A stretch of DNA of 64,000 nucleotides from Azolla caroliniana. Lineage: Eukaryota; Plantae; Polypodiophyta. The translations under genes were made by a program, and so were the position numbers. The stretch is from positions 2,728,001-2,792,000 of the forward strand of contig JBHGNT010000020.1 of assembly GCA_043228905.1 (NCBI GenBank), given 5' to 3'. Below, piece by piece: positions 48,010 through 61,558 of the stretch. Position 1 is the stretch's first letter. Each line of letters starts with the position of its first letter. The notes beneath the pieces are model-generated. The model was given only the letters and a program-made list of their open reading frames with translations, made no database searches and had not been told where the DNA came from.

Positions 48010-49914
48010 CCTTTCGACACGTACTTGCGGATTACCGCGACATCTTTGGTGAACCCGACGTGAAAGGGTGGCAAGGGAGGATGGAGTCGGAAGACGATGA
48101 CTTCGCGGAGATGGTGGCCGAAGTGGTGTTGCAGTTCAGTCGAGTGGTGGCGAGGCGAGAAGCAGCGCAACGAGCTATTGAGCGAGTGGTCGAAAGGGTC
48201 AGCCGTTTCAACGGGGACAAAGTCCCATTCTACTTGGAACCCTACAACGCAGAATTGGAGGTGTGAAGCGTAGACGAGGTGTTGAGACTGGAGTTCTTCA
48301 GTCGGGTCGTTGCCATTCGTATGCATGCGGAAGTAAAGGAGATCTAAGAAGCTCATATTTCGTGGGAGGCCTTCGAAGAGGCGCTCTTGCAGGCATATGG
48401 AGGACGTCCGAAGAGCCGGGGATGGCACGACTTCGATCAGTGGGTTGCATCGGCGAAGACCCATAGGGGCGCAACGAAGGCGTTCCAAGAGTTCGAGCGA
48501 CGGCTTGCTCGGCTCCCGGAGCAGGAGCAAAGTTTGGTGCGGGTGGACAAAGTCCTATTTTTCGTTAGGTCGATCGACTGAGCGGAACAAGAGGCCATCA
48601 GGATTGAGCTCGATGACAATGACGGAGCGAATGGCCTTACTGAGGACTGGTCGGAAGTCGAACGAGTATGCCAATGGTTGGATAAGGAGCGGTCCGCGAA
48701 AGGCGAATGTAAGATAACGCGCGACGGCGTGTCATCACGGTAGGAACCGGGCACGCAACAAGAAGGATCGGTGAAGCTCGATGTCGAAGTCTTGGTTCGG
48801 GAAGCGTATGAGGCTCTGAAGGCGATGGTTGAAGAAGAAGATAGATCTGACATGTGGACGGATTTCGAAGACTCAGAACTAGTCGGCCTTCCGAACAAGG
48901 CCGACATGGCCCAGGCAGAGCCCAAAGAATGGTACGAGGGTACCATGGGAGAGGGTTTGGAGCGAGACCACCGTGGTTCCACCCCTTTCAACATGTACTC
49001 GTAGATTACCACGACATCTTTGGTGAAGCCGACGTAAAAGGGCGGCAAGGGAGGATGGAGTCGTAAGACGATGACTTCGCGGAGATGGTGGCCGAAGTGG
49101 TATTGGAATTCAGTCAAATGGTGGCGAGGCGAGAAGCAGCGCAACAAGCTACTGAGCGAGTGATCGAAAGAGTCAACCGTTTCAACGGGGACAAAGTCCT
49201 AGTCTACTTGGAAGCATACAACGTAGAAATGGAGGTGTGAAGCGTAGATGAGGCGTTCAGGCTGGAGTTCTTCTGTCGGGTTGTTATCGCTCGTATGCAT
49301 GCTGAAGTAAACGAGCTCCGAGAAGCTCATATTTCATGGGAGGCCTTCGAAGAGGCACTCCTACAGGCATATGGAGGACGACGGAAGAGCCGGGGATGAA
49401 GTGACTTCGACCAGTAGTTTGCATCGGCGAAGACCCACAGGGGCGCAACGAAGGCGTTCCGAGAGTTCGAGCCACGGCTTGTTTGGCTCCTAGAACGGGA
49501 GCAAAGTCTGGTGGGGATGGACAAAGTCCTGTTGTTCATTAGGTCAATCGACCGAGTGGAACCGCAGGCCATCGAGATTGAGCTCGAAGATGATGGTGGA
49601 GCAAATGGCCTTACCGAGGACTGGTCGGAAGTTGAACGAGTATGCCGACGGTTGGATGAGGAGTAGTTCATGAAAGGCAAAAGGAAGATAATGCTCGACG
49701 ACGTGTCATCACGGTAGGAACCGAGCACGCAACAAGAAGGATCAGCAAAGCTCAATGTCGAAGCCTTGGTCGGGGAAGCGTATGAGGTTCTGAAAGCGAT
49801 GGTTGAACAAGAAGAGAGATCCGGCACGTAGACGGATTCCGAAGCCTCAGAGCTAGTTGGTCTTCCGGAGAAGGTGGACAATGCCCAGGCAGAGGCCGAA
49901 GAATGGTACGACGG
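48010..49914 (+). repeat. Tandem duplication (~974-bp period) of LTR end + PBS + gag
   Basis: Second PBS TGGTGAAGCCGACGT at 49021; colinear gag copies. Confidence 0.92.
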
Positions 49915-50445
49915 TGTAGTGACGTTTCCATGCCACGATGAGAAAATAACTTCTACCAATTTATATAAGATTATTCAAATCTTTGTAAAAGGTTATATAA
50001 AGTGCGAGACCTCGATGAATAGGAGTGTGTGGAGGTTTAGGTGTCGTGAAGGATTTGCTTCACGATAGAAAAATAAACTAAAATATTGTATTGAATAACA
50101 TTCGAGAGATTTGAACCCACAACCTCACATACCAAACACAAGGCACATACCATTTGGCTAGGTCATTTATTCTTTCAAATTTATATTTTAATGTTTGTAC
50201 TTATGCCATGTATATTTTCATACATGAAAGCTCAAATGCGTGGGATGTCTATCATGCATCACATGCATTTCATGCACTACATGCATGTCTTGTACCCTCA
50301 CATGCATCATATGCATGGGGGCACCTATTTAAAGAGGGAAAGGGAAAAGAGTGAAGGGGAGAACATGAGACGAGGAATATTATTGTAATAGGAGGGACAA
50401 GCTATATTATTGTACAAGAAATATTTTGTAATCATCGTCAAATAT

Positions 50446-53400
50446 TGTTGGGATTACGGTCCCTTCGGATGGGATGGTCGGATGTCGGAGATGAATGCCG
50501 ACGAGCCCGGTTTCGGTTTCGGATCCGGATGACGAAGACCCCGGCTTCGGTGCCGGATGACGAATGTACCCGGAGAGCGATCCGGATGCAGGGACATATC
50601 CGTGAATATGTTCGCTATGGGCCCCTGAGGCTATAGTTGTAAATAGCCCAAAGTCATATAAGTATAAATATGACTTAGGGCAAACAGTTTTGCTGTTGCT
50701 ACTCATTTTTCTGTTTTTCCACTCAAGAGGAGTGAAGAGAGAGCAGCCGTGAGAGAGAGAGAGAGAGATAGAGCGCGAGAGAGGAAGAGGTAGACGCCTC
50801 TGTGTATTTCCGCCGCCTGTGGCGAGGACAGCGAGCTCAAGGTCGTCGCCTTGCAGCTCGCCATTGTATACTTCTCTGTATAGTGTTGGTTTGGAGTCTT
50901 GTACTCCCGTGGTTTTTCCCGTCTAGGGTTTTCCACGTTAATCCCTGTGTGCTCGCGTTTTGTTTCTCCGTGTGGTTCCTATTTTCTGCTCCATTGATTC
51001 GCGCTTACTCGGTTGTGGCCGAGCGGTGAAGGTGAATAGAAGAAGCGTCTATTCCTTACAAACTGGTATCAGAGCGAACTGCTGCAGAAAATGGAAGGCG
51101 GCGGCAGCGGGCAGCCGGGGATGATGGTGCTGACTGCGCAGAACTACGCCGACTGGAAGATCAAGATGGAAGATCTTCTGATTGTTCGGGACCTGTACGA
51201 ACCGATTGACAGGTCGGAAATACCGAAAGGGGTACTTGAGTCGGAATGGAGGCTTCTGAACCGGAAAGCCGTTGCAACCATTCGGCAATACGTCGACGTG
51301 AGCGTCCTACAACATGTGGCAAACGACACCAACGCATATGAGATGTGGAAGAAGCTGTCGGGCCTCTACGAGAGGAAGAATGCGTTGAATCGGACCTCCC
51401 TGATGAGGAAGATAGTGAATCTCAAGTACCGGGACGGCGAGAGTATGGTGGAACACGTAAGCACGTTCATGGGATTCGTGAATCAGCTTGCGGCGATCAA
51501 GTTCCCGTTGGAGGATGCAATGCAAGCCATCATCCTGATGTGTACATTGCCGGAAAGCTGGGAGAACTTGGTGGTGACTCTCAGCACCTCCTGCACAGAA
51601 GATAACTTGTCCTTACAAACGGTAAAGACAAGTATTTTGAACGAAGAAGCGCGTCGGAGAGATAAAGAACCGGCCTCCGACTCGAAGGCGCTGCTTACCG
51701 AATCGGATCGGGGAAGACAATGGAACCGGAGTCCGCAAAGACGGGAGAAGTCGGGGACCCGGTCGCAGTCAAGAGGAAGGCCCACATGCTTCCACTGTGG
51801 GAAGCCGGGGCACTTCCGAAAGAATTGTCGGCATTACCGAAAAGACAACGGAGCCGACGACACCGATTTGAAGAAGTCACTGGAGAGAAACGGTGCATAC
51901 CGGGGAGCCACGGACCGGAGAGGTTCGGATCGGCGAGGGCAGGACCGGAAAGGAACAACGGCACTCGCGGCAAGTGAGGAAGAAATCATGCTCATCACCG
52001 AAGAAAGTGAAGTAAACATTGCCGGCGATGAGACGACCTGGGTGGTCGATTCCGGAGCATCGTTCCACCTGACCCCGGAGAGAAGATACTTCTCATCCTA
52101 CACAGCCGGTGAGCATGGCTGTGTTCGGATGGGAAATGAAGGTACGTGCCGGATTGCCGGCATCGGAGACGTGTGGTTGACAACCCCGACCGGATGCAAA
52201 ATGCTGCTGAAGGATGTCCGACACGTTCCGGAGGTTCGATTGAACCTGATTTCGGCCGGGAGGCTAGACGATGAAGGCTACACAGGTAGCATCCGGAACG
52301 GCGTAATGAAGTTCAGCAAGGGGAGCCTGATAGTGGCTCGGGCCCGGAAAGACAACACACTGTACCTGATGAATGCCCGGTTATGTCCGGAAGAGCTGAA
52401 TGTGGCAACCGACACTGCCGGTGAGCTGTGGCACAAAAGACTGTGCCACATGAGTGAGAAGGGGATGAAGAGGCTTGCAGAAGACAACCTTATTCCAGTG
52501 AAGCATGTGCACCTAGAGAAGTGCACCGATTGCTTGGCCGGTAAACAGAACCGAACCTCCTTCCACTCAAGGCCACCGACGAGACGTAGCGCACCATTGG
52601 AGTTGGTGCACACTGATGTGTGTCAGGTAGAAACGAAGTCACATGGCGGAGCCCAGTACTTCGTAACATTCATTGATGATCACAGCCGGAAGCTGTGGAC
52701 GGCACCGTTGAAGACAAAGGACCAAGTGTTGTGTGTCTTCAAAGAACTCCACGCGAGAGTGGAAAGGGAATCCGGCAAGAAGCTGAAAGCGATACGAGCG
52801 GATAACGGAGGGGAATACTGGGGGCAGTTCGCGGAGTACTGTCGCTCGAAGGGAATCCGGCTCGAGTTTACTGTGCCGAAGACGCCGGAACTGAACGGGC
52901 TGGCCGAGAGGATGAACCGGACCATAATGGAGAGGGTCCGGAGTATGCTGGCGCATGCGAAATTACCCAAGGGGTTTTGGGCTGAGGCAATGTCGACGGC
53001 GACATATGTGATAAACCGATCACCCTCAGTACCTTTGGACAGAGACACGCCGCAGAGAGTGTGGACCGGTAGGGAAATATCTTACCGGCATCTGAAGGTG
53101 TTCGGGTGTCTCGCATACGTGCACGTGGCAAAGGACCGGAGAGGAAAGCTAGATCCAAAGACCCGGCCATGCATATTCCTCGGTTACGGCGACGACGAGT
53201 TCGGCTACCGAGTATGGGACCCGGTCGACAAGAAGATATTCAGGAGTCGAGACATCATCTTCATGGAGGACAAGACACTCGCCGACTGGGAGTCGGAGAA
53301 GAAGATGAAGAGCTCCAAGTCGACCGGTGAGGATCAACTCTACGAGGAGCAGTCCCGACCGGCAAGGGACCGGTTAGCACTCGAGGATCCGGCCGAAGAC

Positions 53401-55661
53401 GGTGAAGAAACAGAACCGGCCGAAGAAGATGAAAATGATACCGGAACCGGCTCCGATCCCGAAATGGATTCGGATGAAGAAGAATCGGAGGAACCGGTTA
53501 CCGAAGCTCCGGAACGGAGATATCCTCTAAGAGAGAGAAGGGCCCCCCGGAGATTTCCGGAACCAGAGCACGTGCTGCTAACCGACGAGGGGGAGCCGGA
53601 GAGCTTTGAAGAAGCAAAGCACGACACCCAGAGCCGCAGGTGGTTGAGTGCCATGCAGGACGAGATGGATTCCCTGCATGAGAACCACACATATGAACTT
53701 GTGGAGTTGCCGAAAGGAAAGCGGGCACTTCGAAACAAGTGGGTGTTCAAGCTGAAACCGGGAGATGCCGGAAACCCCCCGAGATACAAAGCCAGGATCG
53801 TGGTGAAGGGGTTTCAGCAGAAGAAGGGCGTCGACTTCGACGAGATATTTGCCCCGGTAGTGAAGATGACCTCCATCCGAACGGTGCTGAGCATAGCGGC
53901 AAGCATGGACCTCGAGGTAGAACAGATGGACGTGAAGACGGCATTCCTTCACGGTGACCTCGATGAAGAGATCTACATGCAGCAACCGGAAGGATTCGAG
54001 AAGAAAGGGAAGGAGCACCTGGTATGCCGGTTGAAGAAGAGCCTTTACGGACTGAAGCAGGCTCCCCGGCAATGGTACCGGAAGTTCGACTCCTTCATGA
54101 CCGACAAAGGGTACCTCAAAACGCAGTCCGACCACTGCGTGTTTGTGAAGAAGTTTGAAGGAGGAGACTCTCTAATACTCCTCCTGTACGTGGACGACAT
54201 GTTGATCGTCGGACGGGACCAGGTCAAGATACGGATGCTGAAGAAGGCCCTTCACCGAATCTTCTCAATGAAGGACCTGGGTCCGGCGAGGCAAATACTA
54301 GGGATGCACATCATCCGGGACCGGAAGAAGAAGCAGTTGTGGCTGTCACAGGAGAAGTACGTGACAAAGGTGCTTAAACGGTTCAACATGTCGGAAGCAA
54401 GACCGGTCGGATCGACCCTCCCGGCAAACTGCAAGCTGTCCAGCAAGCAAAGTCCCAAGACAAAGGCTGAAAAGGAGGATATGATGAAAGTGCCGTATGC
54501 CTCAGCCGTCGGGAGCTTGATGTACGCCATGGTGTGTACGAGACCGGACATCGGATATGCAGTCGGAGCGGTAAGTCGGTACATGAGCAATCCCGGCAAA
54601 GAGCACTGGAACGCAGTCAAGTGGATACTCCGATACCTGAAGGGCACGGCAAACGTGTGCCTCCGATTCGGCTCCGGAATGCCCGAACTCGATGGCTTTA
54701 CCGATTCGGATATGTCGGCTGATGCAGATACCAGCCGGTCCACATCAGGGTATGTGATGACGTATGCAGGGGGAGCTGTTTCGTGGCAGTCGAGGCTGCA
54801 GAAGACGGTTGCGTTGTCAACCACGGAGGCGGAGTACATGGCGGCTGTTGAAGCCGGCAAGGAAATAATATGGATGAAGGACTTCATTAGAGAGCTCGGT
54901 ATCCGGCAGGAGGAGTACCGACTCTACTGCGACAGTCAGAGTGCAATCCACCTTGCGAAGAACGCGGCCTATCACTCCCGGACGAAGCACATCCAGCGAA
55001 GATATCACTGGATCCGGGAAAGGATAGAAGACAAGGAGTTCGTGCTGACAAAGATCCACACGGACGAGAACGGGTCGGATATGCTGACCAAGGTCCTCAC
55101 ACCCGACAAACTGGAAGCATGCCGGAAGAGGATCGGATTGGAGAGACATCCCATGCCGAAGTGAAGGGGGAGTTTGTTGGGATTACGGTCCCTTCGGATG
55201 AGATGGTCGGATGTCGGAGATGAATGCCGACGAGCCCGGTTTCGGTTTCGGATCCGGATGACGAAGACCCCGGCTTCGGTGCCGGATGACGAATGTACCC
55301 GGAGAGCGATCCGGATGCAGGGACATATGCGTGAATATGTTCGCTATGGGCCCCTGAGGCTATAGTTGTAAATAGCCCAAAGTCATATAAGTATAAATAT
55401 GACTTAGGGCAAACAGTTTTGCTGTTGCTACTCATTTTTCTGTTTTTCCACTCAAGAGGAGTGAAGAGAGAGCAGCCGTGAGAGAGAGAGAGAGAGATAG
55501 AGCGCGAGAGAGGAAGAGGTAGACGCCTCTGTGTATTTCCGCCGCCTGTGTGCTCGCGTTTTGTTTCTCCGTGTGGTTCCTATTTTCTGCTCCATTGATT
55601 CGCGCTTACTCGGTTGTGGCCGAGCGGTGAAGGTGAATAGAAGAAGCGTCTATTCCTTACA
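50446..55661 (+). mobile_element. Intact young Ty1/copia (Tnt1-like); LTRs 50446-51060 and 55175-55661; TSD AATAT
   Basis: AATAT at 50441-50445 and 55662-55666; empty site in the other gypsy LTR near 62095; PBS TGGTATCAGAGC at 51064; PPT GAAGGGGGAG near 55163-55172. Confidence 0.98.
51091..55164 (+). CDS. Copia Gag-Pol polyprotein (1357 aa, uninterrupted)
   Basis: CFHCGKPGHFRKNC, VVDSGASFH, LWHKRLCH, HTDVC/DNGGEY/NGLAER, KARIVVKG, LLYVDD, TDSD, RTKHI, SDMLTK. Confidence 0.98.
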   Translation: MEGGGSGQPGMMVLTAQNYADWKIKMEDLLIVRDLYEPIDRSEIPKGVLESEWRLLNRKAVATIRQYVDVSVLQHVANDTNAYEMWKKLSGLYERKNALNRTSLMRKIVNLKYRDGESMVEHVSTFMGFVNQLAAIKFPLEDAMQAIILMCTLPESWENLVVTLSTSCTEDNLSLQTVKTSILNEEARRRDKEPASDSKALLTESDRGRQWNRSPQRREKSGTRSQSRGRPTCFHCGKPGHFRKNCRHYRKDNGADDTDLKKSLERNGAYRGATDRRGSDRRGQDRKGTTALAASEEEIMLITEESEVNIAGDETTWVVDSGASFHLTPERRYFSSYTAGEHGCVRMGNEGTCRIAGIGDVWLTTPTGCKMLLKDVRHVPEVRLNLISAGRLDDEGYTGSIRNGVMKFSKGSLIVARARKDNTLYLMNARLCPEELNVATDTAGELWHKRLCHMSEKGMKRLAEDNLIPVKHVHLEKCTDCLAGKQNRTSFHSRPPTRRSAPLELVHTDVCQVETKSHGGAQYFVTFIDDHSRKLWTAPLKTKDQVLCVFKELHARVERESGKKLKAIRADNGGEYWGQFAEYCRSKGIRLEFTVPKTPELNGLAERMNRTIMERVRSMLAHAKLPKGFWAEAMSTATYVINRSPSVPLDRDTPQRVWTGREISYRHLKVFGCLAYVHVAKDRRGKLDPKTRPCIFLGYGDDEFGYRVWDPVDKKIFRSRDIIFMEDKTLADWESEKKMKSSKSTGEDQLYEEQSRPARDRLALEDPAEDGEETEPAEEDENDTGTGSDPEMDSDEEESEEPVTEAPERRYPLRERRAPRRFPEPEHVLLTDEGEPESFEEAKHDTQSRRWLSAMQDEMDSLHENHTYELVELPKGKRALRNKWVFKLKPGDAGNPPRYKARIVVKGFQQKKGVDFDEIFAPVVKMTSIRTVLSIAASMDLEVEQMDVKTAFLHGDLDEEIYMQQPEGFEKKGKEHLVCRLKKSLYGLKQAPRQWYRKFDSFMTDKGYLKTQSDHCVFVKKFEGGDSLILLLYVDDMLIVGRDQVKIRMLKKALHRIFSMKDLGPARQILGMHIIRDRKKKQLWLSQEKYVTKVLKRFNMSEARPVGSTLPANCKLSSKQSPKTKAEKEDMMKVPYASAVGSLMYAMVCTRPDIGYAVGAVSRYMSNPGKEHWNAVKWILRYLKGTANVCLRFGSGMPELDGFTDSDMSADADTSRSTSGYVMTYAGGAVSWQSRLQKTVALSTTEAEYMAAVEAGKEIIWMKDFIRELGIRQEEYRLYCDSQSAIHLAKNAAYHSRTKHIQRRYHWIRERIEDKEFVLTKIHTDENGSDMLTKVLTPDKLEACRKRIGLERHPMPK

Positions 55662-55792
55662 AATATCAATACAAGTTATTTCCTTTTCTCCTCTTTCTTT
55701 GACAAGAAGCCCGATGCTTACTTCCCGGATACACGATTTTCTTTTCGTTTGCTCTTGTACGTCGAGATCGATGCAACAATGGTGAACCCGAA

Positions 55793-58700
55793 GTGAAATG
55801 GGAAGTTAAGAGAGATGAAGCAGTCTCGGAGGCACGAATCAAGCAAGAAGTCGTTGTGGAGCTACAAATGAATGTGGTGCTTCAAATGATTGAAAGAATG
55901 ATGCAAAGTCAAGAACGTGCAACTGCTCTTCAACAAATCGATCATGCTATTGACAAGCTTGTAGAGAAAATAGGTCTCTTTGAAGGTAAGAATATAACTA
56001 AATTCTTACAAGTATATGTTATCGAGATAGGTAGTAAAGGATTAAACCAACATGATGTTCAAATGAATTTTGTGAGGATGGTTGAACTCCCTTTGAGAAA
56101 TAGAGTCTTAGAACTCGCAACAAGTTCTAATGATTGGGTTGCATTTGAGCAAGCTTATTAAATGAGTACATGCTTGGTGATACAATTCGAGCGTCAAGGA
56201 GGAGTTTCTTGGATTGGGTGGACAAAGAGGACAAGAAGATTTCGGTGATGGAGTTGTTAAAAGAATTTGGAGCTCGGTATAACCGATTAACGACGACCGA
56301 AAGGACTCTTTTGGAATAAGAGAAGGTCATATTATTCTTGAAGGCATCAGACTGATCCTATCAAGAAAAATTAGCTACATTCCTTGAAGACTGGACTACA
56401 CCCACTAGACTAGTGTCTGATTGGAATCAAGTACATGAAGCTGCCAACAGAATCATCAAAAGAGCCAAATGGTGTGAGGATCTTTTGATTGCCGGAGGTA
56501 TGAAAGATGAAGTGAAGACAACCATCAAGGAGGATATTGGGAGTCCGTCAACTATTTCCAAGGTACCCGAAACAGTGATCGACGATCTTATCAAAGGTAT
56601 AAAAGATCTTTCATTACATGTTGCAAAGCTACAAGAAGACAAATCCTCACAACCCCAAAAAGATGCATATGGTGTGATAGCGTCGAACATTAAAGAGGAG
56701 GGTGTGATATCTATCAAGAAGCGATAGAAAGAGGGGTGATATTCTTCAAAGATGGTAAGATTCATTCTTCTGAAACTCGATTACCTCTCCGAACTAACTT
56801 TAGAAGAGGTGGTAAGAGAAGGATCATCGAAGATACGGAAATAACTAGGAAACAAGCCGTCTATCAACCTACAACTACAACCATCCATGTTGGTGAAGGA
56901 GGATCTGAATCTGAATTCTGGCCGTGTATTTTGAAAGCTGCAAGAAAGGGTAAAATCAAGTTTGAAAAGTTGAAGTCTGGAGGTGATGTTGTCCGAAGCA
57001 AAACTGGTTGGGAAGACCCATTGGATGGCCTCTCAGCTTTCATGAAGGTTGCAACAACCCAAGCTCATGAAGTGATCATCGAAGAGAAACAGAAATGGGC
57101 GGAAAATGAAGATAACAAGAAGAGGGAGCTAAGAAGCGCTAAAAAGAGGGAGACAGAAAGTCAAAAAATGGTAAACCCTGACATTGAAAAAGGTAAAGAT
57201 AAGAAGATTCCCTCATTCAAATTATTATCTGATATTGAAGCTTCAACTGATTTAAAAAAAGTATTGGAAGAAAGAATTTTAGATAACAAAGTTGAACTTT
57301 CCTTGAGGGAAGTTTTGGGAATAGAGAAAAAAGAATTTCATGATGCAATAAACGACAAAGTATTGAAGTCGCCGAAAACCCAGGAAGTGAAGTAAAGAAA
57401 GCAACGGTGGAAGTCCTCAAAGGTGAACCAAGCTCTTCCATTGTTGGTACACAAGCTATTGCGACAACAACGTTTGAAGAGAAGCCGAAAGAGCTAAAAA
57501 GCTACAATGCTAAGAAACATTGGGCAAGAACAACAACTGAGACACCCGTGAAGATTGAAAACCTTGAAGATCTAGTCGTGGACTTAATTGACCACGGCTC
57601 AGAAATTAATCTAAGTTCTTATGATATTTATAGGAAAGGCGGATGGCCAATCGAAACGAATCATGGGTGGAGGGTAAAGTCGGCTAATTCAACGATCGAG
57701 CAACTTCATGGAGCTTGCCCAAACATCAAAGTCACCATTGGAGATGTGCTAATGGAGCAACATTTCTTTATCCAAAAGACCTTGTCATACCCAGTGATTC
57801 TTGGTCAACCATACATCACATCTTCTAGGATGCAGACGAAGGTGCTTGAAGATGGTTCGTCATATGCTAGGATTCGAAGTACCGATGGTAAAAGAAGTGT
57901 TCAATTTCTTACTATTAGGCAAGACCATGATAGAAATAAAGAAGAATTATGAATTAACTCATGTGAGCATGATATGTCATCTTATGAGTCGGATTTTTAA
58001 ATAGGATCATTGATGGCCAAGGATACAATGGTCCCAAAGCTTTTCTTTCCTTGTAAAAATGTTTTCCAATTAATAAAACAATCAATACTTTGTCTAATAC
58101 AATGGATGGATTTACCTGTTACTTTGGTGTGGAAAGTCATGCACAAAATAAAGGGAGCAAGAAGATGTTAGATGCATTGTGTACTTCAAGGATGATTGAA
58201 AGGGATGACATAATTTCTGGTATGTTTCTTAAATATTCAGATGTGGATAACGTCAAAATATTAGAAAATTGCTTGAATGAGAAAGAATGCAACAAGAGAT
58301 TTGTTCATGTAAATTCTGTTGATATATACATTCATATTGCTGATTTTATTGAAAAAAATGGTTGTATAGCTAATAGTGAAATAGTTGGCAATAGCTATCA
58401 TGAAATGGCTAAAAAAGCAAGTAAAAATAATTATGCAATAAAAGTTAACACAAAATATAAAACAATAGACAAAAAGGTCAAGTCTGTGGCCATGCATCTA
58501 CCTATGGATAGTACTGAAATGAAAAAGAATGTCACGTTTCAGCCAATATTACAGGATTCTAAGGATATTGGTCATAAGTTTACAAATGCTACTCTAGATC
58601 AACTAAACATTGGTGAGAATGATTTTCTTTTGCATGTTGAGATACAATGTTTTCGAAATATGATTACTAGTCATGGGAAAGCATTTGCATTTGAGTCGAG

Positions 58701-61558
58701 TGAAATTGGATGTGTAGACCCAACAGTTGTGGAACCAATGATTATATTTACAGTTTCGCATATTCCTTGGAATTTAAGGAATATCGCTGTTCCTCGGGTT
58801 CAAATACCGCAAGTAATAGCTTTGCTTAAGGAATAAATAGAAATGGGAATCTTGGAGCCATCAGATGCCCCTTACTCAAATAAGTGGTTTACCTATACCT
58901 AAAAAGAACGGTTCATTAAGGTTCATTCAGGATTTACAGCCTGTCAATAGAGTTACTTTTCGAAATGTCGGTGTTGGACCGATTGTAGATGCCTTTGCAG
59001 AAGCTTTCGCAGGAAGAGCTATATATTCTATGTGTGATTTGTATTCAGGATATGATCAATTTCAGCTTTCCATTGATAGTCGTGATATAACTACTATAAG
59101 AACACCAATTGGATTGATGTGAATGTGTACATTGCTTCAAGGTGCTACAAATTCTGTAGCACATATGGTGAATGCTATGAATAAAATTTTAAGAGATTTT
59201 GTGCCAAAAATAACTATGCCTTTTCTAGATGATGTTCCAATTAAAGGATGCTCGATGAATAAGAAGGATGAAAAACTCATGCCGAACAGACGTAGAAAGT
59301 TTGTTGCCGACCACGTTGATGCTTGTGAAAGAATCCTTTCAAGGTTAGAAGAGGTTCCTCTTACATTTTCAGGTCAAAAATCTATGTTTGGGGTTCCTGA
59401 AGTTCTGATTGTAGGGCGCATGTGTGAACCCTACGGAAGAAAGCCATCCCCAATTAAGGTAAATGCAATTCAAAATCTAAAGGATGATTGTAAATCTCTA
59501 ACAGAAGTGCATAGGTTTTTGGGTGCTTGTGTGTATTACCGAATTTGGATTCCACATTTCACACATGTGGCTGATCCACTTTATGGGTTGCTTAAGATGA
59601 ATTCAAGTTTCCTTTGGACTAATGTACATACCGATGCAATTCGCCAACTAAAGGAAATGTTGTTGAATGCCCCTATTTTACAGAAGGCTAGGTATGATAG
59701 TGAACACCCCATCATTGTTACTGTGGATACAAGTCCAATCAGAATCGGTTGGGCTGTTAGCCAAGAAGAGAAGGATGGGTTGAGATACGCAGTTCGATTT
59801 GGTGCAAAAATCTTAACAGAATGCCAAAGAGCTTACCCACAGATTAAAAGAGAGTTATGGGGTATGTTAAGAGCTATTAAAACATATCGTGAATACTTAA
59901 TTGGTGCTAAAGTTGTGGTTAAAACAAATTGTCGTCCATTGTTAGGAATGATTTCAAGTTTTGAAACATCTGATATAGCTATGCTTAGATGGATAGCTTA
60001 CATAAAATCACTATGTCCTGAAATCAAGCACATTGCAGGAACGGATAACCCAGTTGCCGATATGCTCTCAAGAGCGAGGTTTAAAGGTAAAAATACTATG
60101 GTAATGACTGATGAAGAAGATGAGAGTTTTGATTTCTTTTCCATAAATTGTAACTTGAAGGGGTCATGTGTGATTTGGGTGTTCATGTTATTCTTCGTGA
60201 ATCTGAGTATGAGGGGGAGATGTTACAAATTGGAAAATACTTGAGTACTCATGAGAAAGATGGAACATGGTCAAGGGAGCTATTTCATAAAATAAGAAAG
60301 AAAGCTTATAAATTTTTTCTTCATGAGGGATATCTTTGGAGACATCCAAAATTTGTGAAAGGGATTCCGCAAAGAGTGGTTGGAAGAAGGGAAGAGCAAC
60401 AAAAACTAATATTTGAATTTCATGATACTTTATGGGCAGGTCGTCATGGAGTTTGGGCCACCTACTGAAAATTAAAAGAGAAGTTTTGGTGGGTTGCAAT
60501 GTACAATGATGTTGCAGATTATGTACAATCATGTGAGAACTGCCAAATGTATTCGAATATTCGGCATCGTGATGGGTTGTAACGTACTTATTCTTTATCT
60601 CTACATTATAAATGGGTTGTGGATATTGTAATGATGCCTGTGGCGGTTTGGCAAATGAGATATCTTGTATTGGCAAGAGAAGATTTGACAAATCAAGTGA
60701 AAGGCCAAGCCCTACGCCAAAAAACCACTTCAGTTGTTTGTAAGTTCCTTCTTGAAGATGTGATATGTAGGTACGGGTGCATTGGGAAGATTGTTGCAGA
60801 TAGAGGAGAACTAGATTCTAACGAAGCTAAACAATTTTTTTCAAGAATGGGAATTCGAATGTTGTTAACTACAGCATATAACCCTGAAGCTAATGGGAAG
60901 GCTGAGCGTGGACATAGCCCTATAATAAAAGCTTGTGATAGAAAGATAGCTAACTAGCCTCATCTGTTACCGTATGCACTATGGGCTGACCGTACTACTC
61001 ACAGTTCTGTAACTGGCTTTATGCCATCAGAATTGATACTTGGTCAAAAACCAATTATGCCAATAGAGCGATCGGTATTTTCCTGGGTTTCCTTGCCATG
61101 GGCAGATGAAATGAGTCGAGAAGATTTGCTTGCTCTTAGAATAAGACAGCTAGAAAGAAGGGATGAAGATGTTTAAATAGCTACGGAAAGGATGAAACAA
61201 TGTCGACTACGGAACAAAGAAAGATTTGATAAAACCCATTGCCTTCGACCAAGAAAGCTCCAAGAAGGTGATTGGGTCAAAAGTTTATGATAGCAGCTTG
61301 GATAACCAACATAGTACTTCTCGCAAATTTGCCAAAAGATGGTTCAGGCCATATATCATTAGACAAGTGAATAAAAATGCAACGTATTTCCTAACTGAAA
61401 TGGATGGAGTTGCTTTAAAGTTACCAATTGCAGGAAAGCGAATTAAGTTATTCAAGAGAAGGGAAGATCAAAGCACCAACTTCCTCAACGAAGATGACAT
61501 CCATGAAGTTGAAGAAGGAGACATTCATTGGCGCATGCCAAAGGATGTGCAGGTCTAG
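55793..61558 (+). pseudogene. Gypsy gag-PR-RT-RNaseH-INT with multiple stops and frameshifts
   Basis: IDHGSEIN protease, LRFIQDL, DLYSGYDQ, QGATNSV, FLDD, VDTSP, NPVADMLSR, HHCC zinc-binding region, ADRGE, ANGKAER. Confidence 0.95.

Noticed and set aside
51144-55149. Numerous short ORFs overlapping the copia polyprotein
   Set aside because: Alternative-frame or antisense artefacts of a GC-rich coding region
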